From assembly GCA_965217035.1 (NCBI GenBank), contig OZ244226.1:806001-848145 (forward strand): a stretch of 42,145 nt of DNA. The letters are read 5' to 3'. Source of the stretch: Bacteriovoracaceae bacterium. Its GTDB lineage: Bacteria; Bdellovibrionota; Bacteriovoracia; Bacteriovoracales; Bacteriovoracaceae. Each line of letters begins with the position of its first letter. Position 1 is the stretch's first letter. Made by a program: the position numbers and the translations under genes. This document shows, piece by piece, positions 39,097 to 42,145 of the stretch. Under the pieces are notes generated by a model. It was not told where the DNA came from. It did no database searches and saw only the letters and a list, made by a program, of their open reading frames with translations.

Positions 39097-39123
39097 AAAA
39101 AGGGGCGCTTCTGCACCCCTCTT
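39097..39123 (-). terminator. Intrinsic terminator for the M36/M4 peptidase gene, possibly bidirectional
   Basis: Minus strand AGGGGTGC-AGAA-GCGCCCCT followed by TTTT; lies between convergent genes. Confidence 0.75.
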
Positions 39124-39155
39124 ATTTTTAACCCCTCATAATAAAATCGATAATT

Positions 39156-40877
39156 CTATTCGATTATATTATGCCTCTTGAAATTATTAATATAATAATG
39201 TTCTATCCCTCGATCAGGGAAAAGTCTTGAAGCTGTATCAATAATTGAAATAGCCATATCTCTCATTTTTATCCCATAAGCTAAACCATAGTGGGCCTCA
39301 ATCATAATTTTCTGAATTTCATCATAAGTTGCTTTCTTTTCATCAAGTAAACTTTTAAAAGCTTGAAATACAGGAGTTGACCAAAGTTCATCCGTAACGT
39401 GATTCCCCAATCTTCTGTGAGCAGAATAACTCTTCTTATGATCATATTTTGCATTCAAAGCGTTCAAGATTCGTCCATTCCAGCAATCATTATGCCCATC
39501 CCATTTAAAAACCCAATTAGGCTTGTAGTCTCCATTAACTCTTGTATAACTATAAGAAGCCGCCCAATAATCACCAAACCCCTCTCCTATAGCACCAGTG
39601 TCTCCACCTCGAAATCCCCCGACAATATGGTCCTGAATTGCATGGCCTAATTCATGAAGAATGACGTCTGTATCTTCATTGTCATCAACGCAACCATGTC
39701 CAAAAGAGAGCTTTTTCCCCGATGGTTGGTAATAAGAATTATCTCCTCCACCAGCACCATTAGCATCAACACTCAAACCGTCTGGAAAGATATCTTTTTT
39801 CTTGGAATATCCAATAGATTTTAGATAATTCATCGAAAGATTAAGATGATAAAATGTCATCACATCATTGAATTTTATATCCTTTCTTACTGCATCCCAA
39901 TTTCCATCATTAGAAGTGCTGGGTGCAATATTAGGAGAATCAAAATCAACTAGTTTGATATTGTCATTTTCAAGATGATATACATTATCTTTTACCGTAA
40001 GATTTTTCAGATTTACATTCGCATAAGCAGCAGTGAACTCTTCTGGATCTGATGAATCTTCCAAATCATCTCTTCGAAGAGTTGTAACTGGATTTGGATC
40101 AAAAATAACCCCTCTACCATCAGCCCTCCAAACCATTTCTGGACCTGAAGTCATCAATGTTTTAGAAGTTTTAAGCGCTAACTTTTTAAGATTCTCTTTT
40201 AAGTTTAATTTCTTTTTCTTACTTTTTTTAGGGTGGTAATGACGTCTATATATATTATCATCATATTCTTTTAAGATTTTTCCATTTATAGCATCAACTA
40301 AAATATTCCAATTTCCAACAGGATCTCCAACTGAAAAAAAAATATTATAAACTAGTTTTTCTTTTCCATTAATATTCTCATAAGCTATTTCCAAATTCGG
40401 CAGTTCTTTTAATTCTCCTTGGAACTTAGATTGATTCCAAGCAATTTCAATAGCCTGATCTTCACGAATTTTTTCTTGTCTAGGACTTGTTTCTGTCATA
40501 GGTCTATAAGTAGTATAAAACCTAATTACTTTTTTCATCTTCTTGTCAAAACTAATACTTACAAAAGCTTGACTGACAGGTCTATTTTCATGAACTTGCT
40601 TAAACTTATAATGAACCCCAAGCAAACTTTCTTTTTTAGAATCAAACTGAAGCTGATTAATATCAATATTAAGTTTATATTTCTCTGATATTTTAGAAAT
40701 TGCTTTTAAAGAAGCTTTTATAGGTTTTCTTCTTCTAGATCGAGCTGACTGAAGAAATGGAAAAAGCTTCATGTCTTTGAATATGACCTTAATCCTCTCA
40801 TCGGCCGTATATGATTTGTCATAACCTGCTGAGACTACTCCAGAAGTTAAAAGGATTAAACATAAGATGACTTTCAT
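39156..40877 (-). CDS. Secreted M36/M4 (fungalysin/thermolysin-like) metallopeptidase with propeptide
   Basis: Signal peptide; FTP/PepSY-like propeptide (SLLGVHYKFKQ, VDAINGKIL); HELGH and GEGFGDY; start MKVIL after GGAGG. Confidence 0.88.
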   Translation of the reverse strand: MKVILCLILLTSGVVSAGYDKSYTADERIKVIFKDMKLFPFLQSARSRRRKPIKASLKAISKISEKYKLNIDINQLQFDSKKESLLGVHYKFKQVHENRPVSQAFVSISFDKKMKKVIRFYTTYRPMTETSPRQEKIREDQAIEIAWNQSKFQGELKELPNLEIAYENINGKEKLVYNIFFSVGDPVGNWNILVDAINGKILKEYDDNIYRRHYHPKKSKKKKLNLKENLKKLALKTSKTLMTSGPEMVWRADGRGVIFDPNPVTTLRRDDLEDSSDPEEFTAAYANVNLKNLTVKDNVYHLENDNIKLVDFDSPNIAPSTSNDGNWDAVRKDIKFNDVMTFYHLNLSMNYLKSIGYSKKKDIFPDGLSVDANGAGGGDNSYYQPSGKKLSFGHGCVDDNEDTDVILHELGHAIQDHIVGGFRGGDTGAIGEGFGDYWAASYSYTRVNGDYKPNWVFKWDGHNDCWNGRILNALNAKYDHKKSYSAHRRLGNHVTDELWSTPVFQAFKSLLDEKKATYDEIQKIMIEAHYGLAYGIKMRDMAISIIDTASRLFPDRGIEHYYINNFKRHNIIE

Positions 40878-40999
40878 AAGAACCTCCATGTTCTAAAGTC
40901 TTTATGCACCGTCTTTAATAACTATTAGATCGAATGCTTCAGAATGTGACGATTGATTTTTCCTAACAAAACGTTAAGTGAGATGACAGAGTAAATCTG

Positions 41000-42145
41000 T
41001 TATAGCTTTTGGCTCGCAATTTCAGAAAGAAGTGAACGCTCTCCTACTTTTAAAAAGGCATGAGAGACAATTTCTTCGTCTTTTAGCCGATCAATGCAGT
41101 AAGATAATCCATTGTTAATTGAGTCAAGATAAGGGCTATCAATTTGTTCACAATCACCGGTAAGAACAATTTTTGTTCCCTCACCCGCACGTGTAATGAT
41201 AGTTTTAATTTCATGAGGAGAAAGATTCTGTGCCTCATCGACGATCATGTATTGTCCGGGCAGTGAACGGCCTCTGATATAAGTAAGAGGTTCCACATGA
41301 AGAAGCCCTTGATTAATAAGTTCTTCCCAAGTTGTTCTATCTCTTTCACCCCTCTTATTATCAAAGAGGTAGTCAATATTATCAAAAATAGGTTGCATCC
41401 AAGGGCCTAACTTTTCATTGATGTCACCTGGTAAAAAACCAAGATCTCTTCCCATTGGAATAATGGGTCTTGAAACAAGAACTCTTGTATAAGTTTGCTT
41501 ATTAATAGTAGCTTCTAATCCTGCAGCTATTGCAAGTAATGTTTTTCCAGTTCCTGCTTTTCCAACAAGACTCACAAGATTAACTTCATCATTTAAAAGA
41601 GCGTCAATAGCAAATTGTTGTTCTTGATTTTTAGGGAAGATTCCCCAAATTCCGTCTCTTTTATTGATTAATGGCACAATCCCATTTTTCTTCCTCGAAA
41701 ATCTACCCAGCTTTCTTTTATGGCCATTATTTTCAGCTGTTAAATAAAGATATTCATTAGGGAAAAGTTTTTGATCTGGAAGATCTTCAATCGGAATGAA
41801 TCGATCATTCGTAAACTTTTCAAGAATTTCACCACTTGTCTCAACAATTGTTTGACCTTTATAAAGCTCTTCAAAGCTTACATTCGTTGTTTCGTAATCT
41901 TCACTCTCGAGCCCAAGAGCATCCGCTTTCAGGCGCAGGTTAATATCTTTTGAAATTAAAACGACTTTTTCTTTGATTTTAAATGCTTTTTCTAATGAAA
42001 GAGCGTCTCTTAGAATAATATTATCATTAAGATTCAAATCAATTCCCATATTGGAATCGAGTCCAGAGCTTGCTGGAGGAGTACTGATAATTAACTCTCC
42101 CCCTGTACTTTCAATTTCTACTCCCTGGGAGAGAGATCCTTTCTC
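41000..42145 (-). CDS. PIN-PhoH family ATPase (PhoH2/YlaK-like), 5' end outside the window
   Basis: Frame open to the window edge (EKGSLSQGV...); SKDINLRLKA, GKAGTGKT, GFLPG, YIRGRS and DEAQNL. Confidence 0.93.
   Translation of the reverse strand, partial: EKGSLSQGVEIESTGGELIISTPPASSGLDSNMGIDLNLNDNIILRDALSLEKAFKIKEKVVLISKDINLRLKADALGLESEDYETTNVSFEELYKGQTIVETSGEILEKFTNDRFIPIEDLPDQKLFPNEYLYLTAENNGHKRKLGRFSRKKNGIVPLINKRDGIWGIFPKNQEQQFAIDALLNDEVNLVSLVGKAGTGKTLLAIAAGLEATINKQTYTRVLVSRPIIPMGRDLGFLPGDINEKLGPWMQPIFDNIDYLFDNKRGERDRTTWEELINQGLLHVEPLTYIRGRSLPGQYMIVDEAQNLSPHEIKTIITRAGEGTKIVLTGDCEQIDSPYLDSINNGLSYCIDRLKDEEIVSHAFLKVGERSLLSEIASQKL

Noticed and set aside
41000..42145. Phage auxiliary phoH indicating a prophage
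   Set aside because: PIN-PhoH chromosomal type, with no phage genes in the window.

Overview
AT-rich bacterial chromosomal window (standard genetic code; TGA is a stop), almost fully coding. Gene content and style suggest a marine Bdellovibrionota predator of the Bacteriovorax/Halobacteriovorax type, but this is inference. Recognisable blocks: an Ala/Gly:Na+ symporter; maeB-ridA-ydcF; a complete Na+-NQR operon (nqrA-F) with apbE and nqrM; an operon of (methyl)malonate-semialdehyde dehydrogenase, URC1-like, URC4-like, upp and udk that looks like a bacterial URC uracil/uridine catabolic pathway; an exonuclease-DinG fusion; DUF420-bolA-grxD-hemY; several secreted proteases; and a PIN-PhoH gene cut by the right edge. 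No rRNA, tRNA, CRISPR array, transposase or phage gene was seen. Most notable: (1) two diverged copies (9116-9223 and 28411-28521) of a ~105-110 nt structured palindromic element with five compensatory base-pair changes, each ending on the start codon of the next gene; (2) the URC-like operon with an oxidative exit enzyme; (3) a udk gene with no canonical start codon before its Walker A motif; (4) a tandem pair of secreted proteins with a predicted Cys-His-Asp triad, one carrying ~7 degenerate repeats; (5) sigma28-like and sigma70-like -10 boxes placed to give leaderless mRNAs. All calls come from reading motifs by eye; no searches were run.
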